A DNA stretch of 39,735 nucleotides, taken from the sequence record SRR20825006_1764; one strand, 5' to 3'. The number at the start of each line of letters is the position of its first letter. Positions within the stretch are counted from its first letter, which is position 1. The notes beneath the pieces were generated by a model. It was not told where the DNA came from. It saw only the letters and a program-made list of their open reading frames with translations, and did not search any database. A program made the translations under genes and the position numbers. Shown here piece after piece: positions 8,243 to 18,103 of this stretch.

Positions 8243-10401
8243 AGCGAAAACGGCAATTCGCGCACAATCGTGCCGGTTGCCCGGCGTACGGCATTGGCCA
8301 CGGCGGGCCCAATGGGCGGTGTGCCCGGCTCGCCTATGCCGGTAGGGGCCTCGGTCGACTGAACGATATGGACATCCACCTGCGGCATGTCGCTGATCCG
8401 CAGTGGTGTGTAATCGTAGAAGTTCGACTGGTTTACCTCACCCTCGGTCAGGGTGATCTCCTCGCGCAGGATCGCGGAAAGACCGTAGCCCAGTCCCCCC
8501 TGGACCTGCGCTTCGATGTTCGAGGGGTTGATCGGCACGCCGCAGTCGACACCGCAGGTCACGCGCTCGACCTTTACGGTGCCGTCTTCGCGGATGCGAA
8601 CATCCGCAACCTCGGCGACATAAGAGCCAAAACTCTTGTGCACCGCGATACCCCGTGTGAGGCCATCCGGTACCGTGCCGGCCTTGTCAATCGCCAATTC
8701 CAACACCCCCCGCGCGCGCGGATCGGTAAGATAGCGCAGGCGAAATTCCACAGGATCGGCGCCGGCCGCTTCCGCCAGTTCGTCCATCATCGTTTCGACC
8801 ACATACGCGGTGTGGGTGTGCCCGACCGAGCGCCACCAAAGAACCGGCACGCCAACTTCCGGATGGTGGATATCGACCGACCATCCCGGAATGGTGTAGG
8901 CCGAATGCTCCCCGAGGCCCTCGACCGAAGAGGCATCGACACCATCCCGAACCATGAACTGTTCGAACGCGGTTCCGATGGCGATACCTTGCCCCACCAC
9001 GCGTTGTTCCCACGACGTGATATTGCCGTCGGCGTCAAGACCGGCGCGCACACGGTGCATGTGCATCGGACGGTAATAACCGCCGCGCACGTCGTCTTCG
9101 CGTGTCCAGACCAGTTTGATCGGCCGGGCATCCCCGTGCGTTTCCAGCCAGGCCTTCGCGATCATTGCGGCCTCGGCCACATAGTGGCTGTCGTAGATCG
9201 CACGGCGCCCGAAAGATCCGCCGCCCCAGAGGGTCTCGATTGAAACCGAACCCGGATCAATGCCAAGCACCTGCGCACCTATGTTCTGGTCCAGAGTCTG
9301 GATCTGCGATCCAGTCCAGAACGTGGCTTCGGTGCCGTCAAAACGAACGGTAACGTCGATTGGCTCCATCGGCGTGTGCGCGAGGTAAGGGAAAGAGTAG
9401 TCCGCTTCGATCACCTGTTCAGTGTCGGCCTGCGATACGACGGCGCTGTGGAATGCGATACCTTCCTCATCCAGCAGCGCGGTGTATTCGGCCCGCAGCT
9501 CTTCGGTTCCCCGGTTTTCGGCCTGCGAAAAATCCCATTCCGCTGACAGCGCGTCGCGGGCCTGAATGGCCTGCCATGTAGACTCAGCAATCACCGTCGC
9601 CCGATCAGGCAACTGAATCACGTCGATCACGCCGGGCATCGCCCGCGCCTCTGTGGCGTCCAGACCGGCCAGTACGCCGCCGAAACGCGGACTGCGCAAG
9701 CTGACGGCGTAGACGAGCCCTTCCATGGCCACGTCCATCCCGTACATGTTGGTTGCACCCTGGGATTTGCGAACCACGTCAACGCGTGGAAAGGACTTGC
9801 CGATATAGACCCATTGATCAGGCGTCTTGAGCGTGACGCTTTCGGGCACGCTCTGCCCTGCGGCAGTCTCGGCCATGTCGCCAAGGCTGGCTGACTGTGA
9901 TCCGTCAGTGATCTGACCGCCCGCGATGCTGATGCTGGCGGGATCGACGCCCCAGGTCTGTGCCGCTGCTGCGATCAACATCGCGCGTGCAGTGGCTCCC
10001 GCCTCGCGGTACTGTTGCCAGGAATTGGCCATCGCGGTCGACCCGCCCGTGCCCTGCACGCCCATCAGAGTATTTGCATAGAGATCGGTATTGGCGGGCG
10101 CGAACTCTGTCGTGACCTGTGCCGAATCCGCATCAAGTTCGTCCGCGACCAGCGTGGCGAGACCCGTGGCTGTTCCCTGCCCCTTGTCGAGGTGTTTGAC
10201 GATCACCACCACGGTGTTGTCGGGGCGAATGTGAACGAACGGCGTGGCAAGCCCGTCGACGCCGCCCTGCGCTGCGGCGGACACGGGCCGAAGGGCGGCA
10301 CCCAACATCAGGCCGCCCGTGGCTCCGGCAGACAGTTTCAAAAAGCCCCTGCGCGTCAGCGCGGGCGTCGGCATGGTCGGTGCAATAAATCTGTTCAGCA
10401 T
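8227..10401 (-). CDS. iorB: Xanthine dehydrogenase family molybdopterin-binding subunit (isoquinoline 1-oxidoreductase beta-like), Tat-exported
   Basis: Tat motif TRRGFLK, DKGQG, TGGS, GGSFGRR, WWRSVG, QVQGG and GIGEPGTPP motifs. Start set at ATG 10401, right after the iorA stop. Confidence 0.88.
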   Translation of the reverse strand: MLNRFIAPTMPTPALTRRGFLKLSAGATGGLMLGAALRPVSAAAQGGVDGLATPFVHIRPDNTVVVIVKHLDKGQGTATGLATLVADELDADSAQVTTEFAPANTDLYANTLMGVQGTGGSTAMANSWQQYREAGATARAMLIAAAAQTWGVDPASISIAGGQITDGSQSASLGDMAETAAGQSVPESVTLKTPDQWVYIGKSFPRVDVVRKSQGATNMYGMDVAMEGLVYAVSLRSPRFGGVLAGLDATEARAMPGVIDVIQLPDRATVIAESTWQAIQARDALSAEWDFSQAENRGTEELRAEYTALLDEEGIAFHSAVVSQADTEQVIEADYSFPYLAHTPMEPIDVTVRFDGTEATFWTGSQIQTLDQNIGAQVLGIDPGSVSIETLWGGGSFGRRAIYDSHYVAEAAMIAKAWLETHGDARPIKLVWTREDDVRGGYYRPMHMHRVRAGLDADGNITSWEQRVVGQGIAIGTAFEQFMVRDGVDASSVEGLGEHSAYTIPGWSVDIHHPEVGVPVLWWRSVGHTHTAYVVETMMDELAEAAGADPVEFRLRYLTDPRARGVLELAIDKAGTVPDGLTRGIAVHKSFGSYVAEVADVRIREDGTVKVERVTCGVDCGVPINPSNIEAQVQGGLGYGLSAILREEITLTEGEVNQSNFYDYTPLRISDMPQVDVHIVQSTEAPTGIGEPGTPPIGPAVANAVRRATGTIVRELPFSLHGLA

Positions 10402-10402
10402 C

Positions 10403-10861
10403 TTAACCCTCCATAATCTCGGATGCGCGATGGATCGCTTTGCGAATCCGTGCGTAGGTCGCACAACGGCACAGGTTTCCGTCCATTGCCGCGTCGATAT
10501 CGTCGTCGGTTGGTTTGGGCGTGTCCCGCAAGAGCGTCGTCGCCGACAGGATCTGGCCTGACTGGCAGTAGCCACATTGCGGCACCTCCAGCTCCACCCA
10601 GGCTCTGCGGATCGCCTCGGTCGTGGCGTCTTGCGCACCCTCGATCGTCGTCACCGTGGCCCCGTCCAGGTCTCCCACGAAGGTCTGGCACGAGCGTACG
10701 GGCGCCCCGTCCACATGCACCGTACACGCCCCACAGGACGCGACTCCGCAGCCGAATTTGGTGCCTGTCAGGCCCAGTTCATCGCGCAGGGCCCACAACA
10801 GCGGCGTATCCCCGGCCGCCGCGATCTCGCGCGGTTCGCCATTCAAAGTAAGTTTGATCAT
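10403..10861 (-). CDS. iorA: (2Fe-2S)-binding small subunit (isoquinoline 1-oxidoreductase alpha-like)
   Basis: [24 protein letters not shown] and NLCRC cysteine motifs. Confidence 0.92.
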   Translation of the reverse strand: MIKLTLNGEPREIAAAGDTPLLWALRDELGLTGTKFGCGVASCGACTVHVDGAPVRSCQTFVGDLDGATVTTIEGAQDATTEAIRRAWVELEVPQCGYCQSGQILSATTLLRDTPKPTDDDIDAAMDGNLCRCATYARIRKAIHRASEIMEG

Positions 10862-10882
10862 TTTCTCGGTTCTCCTTTTTTC

Positions 10883-11515
10883 TCAGCCAAGGTCCGGCGC
10901 AGTGGCCACGAACGCTTCGTCATTACTTAATCTGTCCCACCAGTCCTGCATGCCGTCGAGGGACAAGATCGCGGCGCCATCCTCTGTCATCGTCGCATAC
11001 GCAATGAGCGGCCCGAGCAGGTAGTCGGCGAAACCGGGCGCGTCACCGGAAAAAAATGGCGCATCTTTCTTGTTTTCCAGAATAAGCCTGATCAGTTTTC
11101 TGGCCTGATCCAGATTGGACTGCCTCATTTCTTCGTTTTTTCCGCCGACCACATCGGGGAACAGGTGATACGCCACAAAACCAATGATCGCGTCGTAGCC
11201 GTAATTGGTGATCAGCGCAGCGTTCTCGTCCGCCTTCGCGCGTTCTTTCGCATCCTTGGGAAACATCGGCGGTTCAGGGTCGCGCGCTTCGAGGTACCGT
11301 ACGATTGCATCGGTTTCACGCAGACGCATCCCGTCGATATCGAGAACCGGCACCTTGCCGAACGGGTGGCGTTCAAGATGTTCGGGTTCTTGCGTTTCGC
11401 CTTCCAGGACGTTGACCGGCACCTGGTTGTAAGAAATGCTCTTACGCGCCAGCACGCATCGCACCGTGCGCACGAAGGTCGATCCGTCAAAACCGAAGAG
11501 AGTTGTTTCTGTCAT
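10883..11515 (-). CDS. Glutathione S-transferase family protein
   Basis: STFVRTV, HPFGKVPVL, RETDAIVRYL and ADYL motifs. Start MTETT has a GAGGA RBS; the longer ORF-track N-terminus overlaps the MarR gene. Confidence 0.88.
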   Translation of the reverse strand: MTETTLFGFDGSTFVRTVRCVLARKSISYNQVPVNVLEGETQEPEHLERHPFGKVPVLDIDGMRLRETDAIVRYLEARDPEPPMFPKDAKERAKADENAALITNYGYDAIIGFVAYHLFPDVVGGKNEEMRQSNLDQARKLIRLILENKKDAPFFSGDAPGFADYLLGPLIAYATMTEDGAAILSLDGMQDWWDRLSNDEAFVATAPDLG

Positions 11516-11531
11516 CTGGTCCTCGTTGTTG

Positions 11532-12050
11532 TCATTTGATGGAATGTGGGAGCGCCGCCTGCGGTGCCGCATCGCCGGATATGTTCGCAAGGTCCGCAGC
11601 CAGGAGATCGACAAGATCGCGCACGGCGGTGCGCAGCGCCTCGGCTGCACCCGGCCCAAGCCGGTCACCGATCCGGCCGGACAAGGCGACCGGCACCTCC
11701 GCCGCGCGGGTCCGCAGGGCGACACCGTCCGGCGTCAGGTGCACCATGACGTGTCGTTCGTCGGCCCGGTCGCGCGTCCGGGTCAGCAGGCCGAGTTTCT
11801 CCATCCGCTTTAACATCGGGGTCATCGTACCGCTGTCGATATGAAGACGCCGTGCCAGGCCACCGACATGAATCGGCCCCTCTTCCCAAAGAACCAGCAT
11901 GACGAGATATTGCGAATAGGTCAGCCCGAGAGGATCCAACAGTGGACGGTACATGCGGCCCAACAGGTTGGTCGCGGCGTAGAGCGGAAAACAAAGCTGG
12001 CTGTCCAGACAAAGAAGACCGGACGCGTCGTGTGTATCAGTTTCGACCAT
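11532..12050 (-). CDS. MarR family transcriptional regulator, OhrR-like
   Basis: LDSQLCFPLYAA (OhrR redox Cys motif), LGLTYSQYLVMLVLWE, DSGTMTPMLKRME and DER wing. Confidence 0.88.
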   Translation of the reverse strand: MVETDTHDASGLLCLDSQLCFPLYAATNLLGRMYRPLLDPLGLTYSQYLVMLVLWEEGPIHVGGLARRLHIDSGTMTPMLKRMEKLGLLTRTRDRADERHVMVHLTPDGVALRTRAAEVPVALSGRIGDRLGPGAAEALRTAVRDLVDLLAADLANISGDAAPQAALPHSIK

Positions 12051-12172
12051 CACTGAACGCTCCGACGGTTTATGTTCGGGGACAACCCGATCAACCGGAT
12101 GAGCACAGGTCCGGAACCGCACACCGCCGCGGTGCGGACGGCTTTCTCATTCAAATCGACAGGCTTATCCAT
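12050..12172 (-). CDS. Small 40-aa ORF or gene remnant heading the MarR-GST-iorAB operon
   Basis: AGAGGA RBS before ATG 12172. Its stop overlaps the MarR ATG as TGATG. No recognisable family. Confidence 0.35.
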   Translation of the reverse strand: MDKPVDLNEKAVRTAAVCGSGPVLIRLIGLSPNINRRSVQ

Positions 12173-12247
12173 GTGGTCCTCTCTAAGAGCGGCTGGTCCA
12201 CCGCTGCTTCGGACTACAACTAGAACAATAATTTTGATTGGCAAGCA

Positions 12248-12267
12248 AATATTTCGTACACGAACTT
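12248..12267. promoter_or_regulatory. Putative MarR/OhrR operator, copy 1
   Basis: AATATTTCGTACACGAACTT with core TTCGT-N2-ACGAA; 18/20 identical to 13335-13354. Confidence 0.65.
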
Positions 12268-12319
12268 AATGGGCCTGAATGGCCCGCATTATATGAGACA
12301 ACAGGCAAGCGCCTGATTA

Positions 12320-12341
12320 AGGGGCGCCTTGCAGCGCCCCT
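12320..12341 (-). terminator. Hairpin downstream of the MBL hydrolase
   Basis: AGGGGCGC-cttgca-GCGCCCCT stem; weak U tract. Confidence 0.45.
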
Positions 12342-12354
12342 ATTGATGGCTAAA

Positions 12355-13314
12355 TCACATCCAGGTAGTAGGAACGTAGCGATACGCCTCGCCATCCGCG
12401 AGGATACGGCCAAAGCCCGGAAAGTGGATGTGGCTCCCCGCGACAAGCGTCTTGTCAGCTGACACCATGTCAAAGACGCGGCGTCGGGATTCCGCAGCCT
12501 GGGCCGGATCGCTGTCGAACCCAAACCCAACATCGGGCAGTGCAGTGTGAACATCGGCCGAGGCAAGCGTGTCAGCGATCATCAGCAACTGCCGGTCGCC
12601 GCCATCGATCCGCACAATCGAGTGGCCCGGTGTGTGGCCCGGAGACAACATCATGGACAGGCCGGGCGCGGCCTCGGCACCGTCGGCGATACGCGTCACA
12701 CGATCGCCATAGGCCCCAAGCACGGTCTGGGCCAACTGGAACATACCTTTCGCCTCATCCGGCGCCTGCGCCATCATCGCTTCATCGGTCCAGAAGCCTG
12801 CTTCGACCTCACCCAAAGCCAATTCGGCGTTCTTGAAGACGGCATCACTGCCACGGATCAAACCACCAAGATGATCGGGATGCGCATGGGTCAGAACAAC
12901 CATGTCGACATCGTCGGGGGTGACGCCTGCCGCAGCAAGTCCGGGGATCAGACCGCCAAAGCCAGGCCCCAACAATTCCTGCTCTCCCATTCCGGCGTCG
13001 ATCAGAATTGTACGCTCGTCGGATTGCAGGAGAAATGCAGAAACCGGCGCAGGCAACGCATCGGGCCCGATACCGATCTGCTCCATCAGCGGGTCGATCG
13101 CTTCGCTGCCGAAAAAGAACCCCCTGCCCAGTGGTGCGATCCCATCCAACAGGGCGGTGATGCGATATCGACCGAGGGGCGCAGAGTAGAGGGCCGCGCC
13201 CGGTGTCGCGGTGTGTCCGGCAGCCAGCGTTGGGCTTGCTACTCCGGTAAGGGCGGCGGCGGCTGGCAGCGTTGCGGCGCCCTTTAAAAGGGTGCGTCGG
13301 TTGATCTGAGCCAT
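12355..13314 (-). CDS. MBL-fold metallo-hydrolase (methyl-parathion hydrolase/OPHC2/lactonase-like), Tat-exported
   Basis: NRRTLLK Tat signal; THAHPDH, PGHTPGH and HIHFPGFG motifs. Confidence 0.88.
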   Translation of the reverse strand: MAQINRRTLLKGAATLPAAAALTGVASPTLAAGHTATPGAALYSAPLGRYRITALLDGIAPLGRGFFFGSEAIDPLMEQIGIGPDALPAPVSAFLLQSDERTILIDAGMGEQELLGPGFGGLIPGLAAAGVTPDDVDMVVLTHAHPDHLGGLIRGSDAVFKNAELALGEVEAGFWTDEAMMAQAPDEAKGMFQLAQTVLGAYGDRVTRIADGAEAAPGLSMMLSPGHTPGHSIVRIDGGDRQLLMIADTLASADVHTALPDVGFGFDSDPAQAAESRRRVFDMVSADKTLVAGSHIHFPGFGRILADGEAYRYVPTTWM

Positions 13315-13334
13315 GGCATTTCCTTTCGCTCTAG

Positions 13335-13354
13335 AATATTTCGTATACGAAGTT
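13335..13354. promoter_or_regulatory. Putative MarR/OhrR operator, copy 2, in the divergent MBL/MarR promoter
   Basis: AATATTTCGTATACGAAGTT with perfect palindromic core TTCGTATACGAA. Confidence 0.7.
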
Positions 13355-13415
13355 TCGAATCGGGCTTACGGCGTTTCGGCTTTCAATCCCGACCCGGTGG
13401 CCCTAGATAGCGTGT

Positions 13416-13907
13416 ATGGTACAAAAATCCAACCTGAATGATCTTGCCTGTTTTCAGGTCTACATGCTTCACCATGCGTTCGGGCGATTTTACCAGACGG
13501 CTTTCGCCGAGACTGGGCTTACTTACGCAAAATACGTCATGCTCAAGGCTCTTGTCGAAAAAGGGAAAATGTCGCTTTCCGAGCTTTCCGCGCGTCTCGG
13601 GGTCGAACCGAACACGGTATCGCCCCTGGCCAAGAAGATGGCCGGGGTCGGGGTGATAGAGCGGGTGCGAGACCCCGAGGATGAACGCCGTATTGTTTTG
13701 TGCCCGACCGAATATGGTCTCGCCATTCTCAAAGCCGCCGACCAGACTGTCACGCAGAATTTCGCGGATCTCGAAATTTCCGCAGAAGACCGTTCGCAGG
13801 CGATTGCATTGATGTCCCGGCTCCGTTCGGCGGTGGAACAGGCAAGCCCGAAACGCCTCGAACTTCCAGAAGCTCCCTCGGCGGAAGGACGCGATCCGCC
13901 GGATTGA
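13416..13907 (+). CDS. MarR family transcriptional regulator, OhrR-like
   Basis: LNDLACFQVY N-terminal Cys, GLTYAKYVML, NTVSPLAKKM and RDPEDERR motifs. Confidence 0.85.
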   Translation: MVQKSNLNDLACFQVYMLHHAFGRFYQTAFAETGLTYAKYVMLKALVEKGKMSLSELSARLGVEPNTVSPLAKKMAGVGVIERVRDPEDERRIVLCPTEYGLAILKAADQTVTQNFADLEISAEDRSQAIALMSRLRSAVEQASPKRLELPEAPSAEGRDPPD

Positions 13908-14056
13908 GCGGCAATATCCCGTCACATGCCGGATGCCCCAACGCACGAAAAATTTCCTTGCCATTGCACAAACCCTGCCTAGCTCATGGCATCCGAAAGT
14001 GATCACTCATCTAAAGCCTCCGCCAAGCGCGTGAGGCCCGAAAAGGACTGTATACA

Positions 14057-14725
14057 ATGGATCTCAATGCCGATTTTTCGCAGCGTGTCGTCGTTCATTC
14101 GGACACGATCGACTGGCAGCCCTCGCCGATTGAAGGTGTGGACAGACGCATGCTGGACCGGATTGGCGACGAAGTAGCGCGGGCCACCACCATCGTGCGT
14201 TATGCACCCGGCAGCCGTTTTTCGGCACACACCCACACCGGCGGCGAGGAATTCATCGTTCTTGACGGAGTCTTTCAGGACGAGCATGGCAATTACCCGG
14301 CGGGCACATACGTTCGCAATCCGCCCACGACCTCGCACACACCGGGATCGAAGGCAGGATGTACGATCTTCGTCAAGCTGTGGCAGTTCGACATGGCCGA
14401 CCGCACCCAGTTCCACAAGGATATGGAGGCAGAGCTGGGCGCACCGACAGAAGGGGTCGCCACGACGATCCTGCACCGGGATGCGCGCGAGGTTGTGACC
14501 TACAGCAAGCTGGAGCCCGGCGCGGTCACGACGTCGCAGGCACCGGGAGGGATAGAGGTATTGGTCATTGGCGGAGCGGTCACGGTTGACGGTGAAACCC
14601 TGAAGCGGAACGACTGGCTGCGCCTGCCAGATGGTGAGACTTTGACGGCGACAGCCGGTGATCAGGGCGCAAGGCTCTGGATCAAGACAGGCCACCTGCC
14701 CCACGCAAAAGCACCGGCGGTCTGA
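14057..14725 (+). CDS. ChrR-like tandem cupin domain protein
   Basis: [45 protein letters not shown] and C-terminal WIKTGHL. AAGGA RBS. Confidence 0.88.
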   Translation: MDLNADFSQRVVVHSDTIDWQPSPIEGVDRRMLDRIGDEVARATTIVRYAPGSRFSAHTHTGGEEFIVLDGVFQDEHGNYPAGTYVRNPPTTSHTPGSKAGCTIFVKLWQFDMADRTQFHKDMEAELGAPTEGVATTILHRDAREVVTYSKLEPGAVTTSQAPGGIEVLVIGGAVTVDGETLKRNDWLRLPDGETLTATAGDQGARLWIKTGHLPHAKAPAV

Positions 14726-14957
14726 TCCCGGCGACTACAACTGTTCTGGTGCCGTTGAGGGGTGTGCCGCTTCGGCCCGGAACGCGCGATGAAACCAGTC
14801 TATTTCTCGCGAACCCAAGCCGATCCTCTCACGCCAATCGAAGTTGTACCCGCGTTCGGATATTTCCGGGCGGGTGCGCTTGTGCCAGCGCAGCAAGCTC
14901 ACAGCGACTTCTACCGAAATAGGGAATAACACCTGATTCCCAAAGAGACGACCGCGT

Positions 14958-14979
14958 CGGTGCACACTGCCGTGCACCG
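14958..14979 (-). terminator. Hairpin after the RND permease stop
   Basis: CGGTGCAC-actgcc-GTGCACCG stem about 15 nt past the stop, with a T-rich stretch further downstream on the minus strand. Confidence 0.45.
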
Positions 14980-14993
14980 CGCGCCAGGCCTGA

Positions 14994-17900
14994 TCACGCT
15001 GCGGCTGTTGCGCCCTCCGGAGCGGTGTCCTCTTTCGGAGGCTTGATCCGAAAGAAGAGCGCATAAAGTACCGGAACGGCGATCAGCGTCAGAACCGAAG
15101 CAAATGCAAGACCGCCCATGATCGTCACTGCCATCGATGCAAAGAAGGCATCCGGCAGGAGTGGAACCATCCCGAAGATCGTCGTGCCTGCCGCGAGCAC
15201 CACAGGGCGCAGACGGCTGACTGATCCGTCGATGACCGCCTTGTAGTCGGGTACACCCTCTGCACGCTGAAGGTCTATCTCTTCGACCAGAACAATTGCG
15301 TTCTTCATCAGCATACCGGAAAGCGACAGGAAGCCCAGAAGGGCAGTGAACGTAAACGGCAAGCCTGTGAACAGGAGCCCCAGTACCATTCCTGTTACCG
15401 ACATCGGTACGACCAACCAAAGGATCAGCGGTTGGCGGACCTTGTTGAACATCAGGATCGAGATTGTCAGCATGACGAGAAAACCCAGCGGAAGCTGCTT
15501 GCCGAGACTTGCCTGCGCATCCGCTGCGCTTTCGAATTCGCCACCCCATTCCATCACGTAACCTTCTGGCAGCGGAATGGCCTCGATATCGGTCCTAACA
15601 CTCCGGAACGCTTCGTCCGCGGTCAGATCGCTGCGCGACCCGCCCATCGCGGTAATGGTGCGCTCGCGGTCACGTCTTTGTATAAGCGCCTCGACGAGGC
15701 GTGTCTCGAAACGCTCAACGAGGTTGGCCATCGGAACGTAGGACCCCGCACCATCGGACCACACGGAAAGATCGGAAAGGCGGTCAATCCCGTCACGTTC
15801 GCTCTCCGGGAGGCGGAGGTTGATCGAGATCACCTCGTCGTCCTCGCGCAACTGACCAACACGCAAGCCGGACGTTCCGTAGCTTATGGTGTCGGAAATC
15901 GCGCCGCGCGTTGCACCGGCCAGACGCATACGCGATTCATCGACAATCGGCTCGACGAGTATCTCACGCTGGCGCCAGTTGGTCCGCGGGTTGGTGATCG
16001 TACCGGAATCCTCGAAGATCCGCATCGCATCATCCGCGAGTTGCCGCAGGATGACAGGATCCGGCCCCGCAAACCGAACCGCCACGTCGGCACCGGATGG
16101 CGGCCCGAACACAATCTGCTCGACGCGGATCAGCGCGTGAGGGAATTCGGCTGGCAGATCCCGGTTCAGTCGGCTCGCGATGGACGGGATTGCCTCGGCA
16201 TCGGCGACCCGGACGATAAGCTGTCCGTAACTGGCATCCGCCTGCTCGGGATTATAAGTCAGCATGAAGCGGCTTGCGCCTCGCCCGACAAGGGTCGTCA
16301 CATCCGTGACGTTGTCCTCGGCGAGCAGCATCTGTTCGAGCCGTTTCATTTCAGCGTCGGTGACGTTGATATCGGTCCCCTGTGGCATCTGGAACTCGAC
16401 ATAGAAGATCGGAGTGTTCGACGCCGGGAAAAACGCCTGCTTGACCTGCCCAAAGGCCATCACGGACCAGACCGTTATTCCCACAATGATCAGGACGACA
16501 ATAACCCGGGTCCGCAAAGCCAGCCAGAGGAAGCTGCGATAAACTCCGTAGAACGCCCCCTTGTAGGGATCGTCAGAGGTCTCCTTTGGCGCGCGGAGCA
16601 GCAGTTTGCCGAGATAGGGTGTGACCGAAACCGCAAGCGCCCAACTCATCAGCAGCGAAATCGCGATGACCGCGAAAAGCGAAAACAGGAATTCGCCGGT
16701 CGCGTCAGGCGACAGGCCGATCCCGGAAAAGGCCATGATCCCGATAACGGTCGCACCAAGCAAGGGAATCGATGTGGCGGTTTCCGTCTCGGCGGCGGCA
16801 TCTTCCGCGGACTTGCCCCGCGCCACACCGATCACCATTCCTTCTGTGATGACGATGGCGTTATCGACAAGCATCCCCATCGCGATGATCAGGGCACCAA
16901 GGCTGATCCTTTCCATCGGGATGCCGAAGACAGACATGAAAAACAGTGTAGAGAAGACAGTGAGCGCCAGTGTCACACCCACCACCAGACCCGCACGCCA
17001 TCCCATCGTCAGCATCAGCGCGGCAACGACAATGCCCACTGATTGGCCCAGACTGACGAGAAAGCTCGAAACAGCCTCGTCCACGACAACGTGCTGCTCG
17101 TAGACCGGTGTGATCTCGACCCCGGCCGGCAACGCGGCCTTGAGCCGGTCCAGGCGCGCCGAGACACCCGCGCCGACCTCGACAACGTTCCGGTCCGTCA
17201 ACGCCGATACTCCGAGAGTGAACGCCGCCGCTCCGTTTTGCCGAATAACCTGACTTGGCTGTTCGGCTTCATCGCGGGTAACCTTTGCGATGTCGTAAAC
17301 CGCAACCTGACCGACCTCACCGGGAACACCAAGTCGAAGTTCCTCGATACCTTCCGGACTCACGTAACCCGGCGGAACTGAAAGGTCGATACGGGCGGGA
17401 CCTTCGGTAATCGCACCGTTCGTGAACACCTGGTTTTCGTCGGCAAGGACGCCCAGGACCTGCGTTGGAGGAAGCCCAAGCTCCGTCAGCCGGGAAGATG
17501 GGACCGAGATATTGATCACCTCTTCCGTAAGGCCCTGAACCTCGACCTTGGCGACGCCATCGACGGTCACCAGCCCAAGTCGCAGGGTCGTCGCCAGATC
17601 ACGCTGCTCTACCGGGCTAAGCCCTTCGGTCGTCACCGCATAGAACATGCCATAGACGTCGCCAAAATCGTCATTGATGATTGGCGGGCGCGTACCTGTC
17701 GGAAGATCCCCCTGCACATCGCTGATGCGGCGGCGCATCTCGTCCCACACCTGCGGGATCTCGTTCGGACCGTAGGTCATCTCGATTTCGACGGTAATCT
17801 GAGCCATGCCCGGCATGGATTTCGATTCAACCCGGTCGAGTTGCTTCATCTGCTGCAACGCGTTTTCAATGACGTCGGAGACTTCCTCTTCGACCTCAAC

Positions 17901-18074
17901 AGCCGTGGCACCCGGATAAGGCACGAAGACGAGAGCCGTCTTGAGGGTAAAGCTGGGATCTTCGAGGCGACCGACGGTATTGAGGCCCCAATACCCGCCA
18001 ACCATGCAGAAGATGATAACCAGCCAAGCCGCCACCGGTCGCTTGATGGTCGCACGTGAGATGCTGAGTGCCAT
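14994..18074 (-). CDS. RND efflux transporter permease (AcrB/AcrD/AcrF family)
   Basis: 1026 aa; GRLEDP, YPGATA.EVE, GMLVDNAIV, SGMLMKNAIVL and RLRPV motifs. Confidence 0.95.
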   Translation of the reverse strand: MALSISRATIKRPVAAWLVIIFCMVGGYWGLNTVGRLEDPSFTLKTALVFVPYPGATAVEVEEEVSDVIENALQQMKQLDRVESKSMPGMAQITVEIEMTYGPNEIPQVWDEMRRRISDVQGDLPTGTRPPIINDDFGDVYGMFYAVTTEGLSPVEQRDLATTLRLGLVTVDGVAKVEVQGLTEEVINISVPSSRLTELGLPPTQVLGVLADENQVFTNGAITEGPARIDLSVPPGYVSPEGIEELRLGVPGEVGQVAVYDIAKVTRDEAEQPSQVIRQNGAAAFTLGVSALTDRNVVEVGAGVSARLDRLKAALPAGVEITPVYEQHVVVDEAVSSFLVSLGQSVGIVVAALMLTMGWRAGLVVGVTLALTVFSTLFFMSVFGIPMERISLGALIIAMGMLVDNAIVITEGMVIGVARGKSAEDAAAETETATSIPLLGATVIGIMAFSGIGLSPDATGEFLFSLFAVIAISLLMSWALAVSVTPYLGKLLLRAPKETSDDPYKGAFYGVYRSFLWLALRTRVIVVLIIVGITVWSVMAFGQVKQAFFPASNTPIFYVEFQMPQGTDINVTDAEMKRLEQMLLAEDNVTDVTTLVGRGASRFMLTYNPEQADASYGQLIVRVADAEAIPSIASRLNRDLPAEFPHALIRVEQIVFGPPSGADVAVRFAGPDPVILRQLADDAMRIFEDSGTITNPRTNWRQREILVEPIVDESRMRLAGATRGAISDTISYGTSGLRVGQLREDDEVISINLRLPESERDGIDRLSDLSVWSDGAGSYVPMANLVERFETRLVEALIQRRDRERTITAMGGSRSDLTADEAFRSVRTDIEAIPLPEGYVMEWGGEFESAADAQASLGKQLPLGFLVMLTISILMFNKVRQPLILWLVVPMSVTGMVLGLLFTGLPFTFTALLGFLSLSGMLMKNAIVLVEEIDLQRAEGVPDYKAVIDGSVSRLRPVVLAAGTTIFGMVPLLPDAFFASMAVTIMGGLAFASVLTLIAVPVLYALFFRIKPPKEDTAPEGATAAA

Positions 18075-18103
18075 GGATCTGTACCCGTCCTATCAATATT
18101 GGA

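Noticed and set aside
10402-10638. ORF-track N-terminal extension of iorB (803 aa)
   Set aside because: Overlaps iorA in another frame; the Tat signal places the start at 10401.
11516-11725. N-terminal extension of the GST ORF
   Set aside because: Overlaps the MarR gene; the RBS and GST fold begin at 11515.
14735-14990. Possible AraC C-terminal remnant (ISE...FHRAFRAE) on the minus strand
   Set aside because: Motif spacing does not fit the AraC HTH and there is no start; it would need BLASTX support.
15432-17042. 536-aa plus-strand ORF
   Set aside because: Antisense to the RND permease; no recognisable domain.
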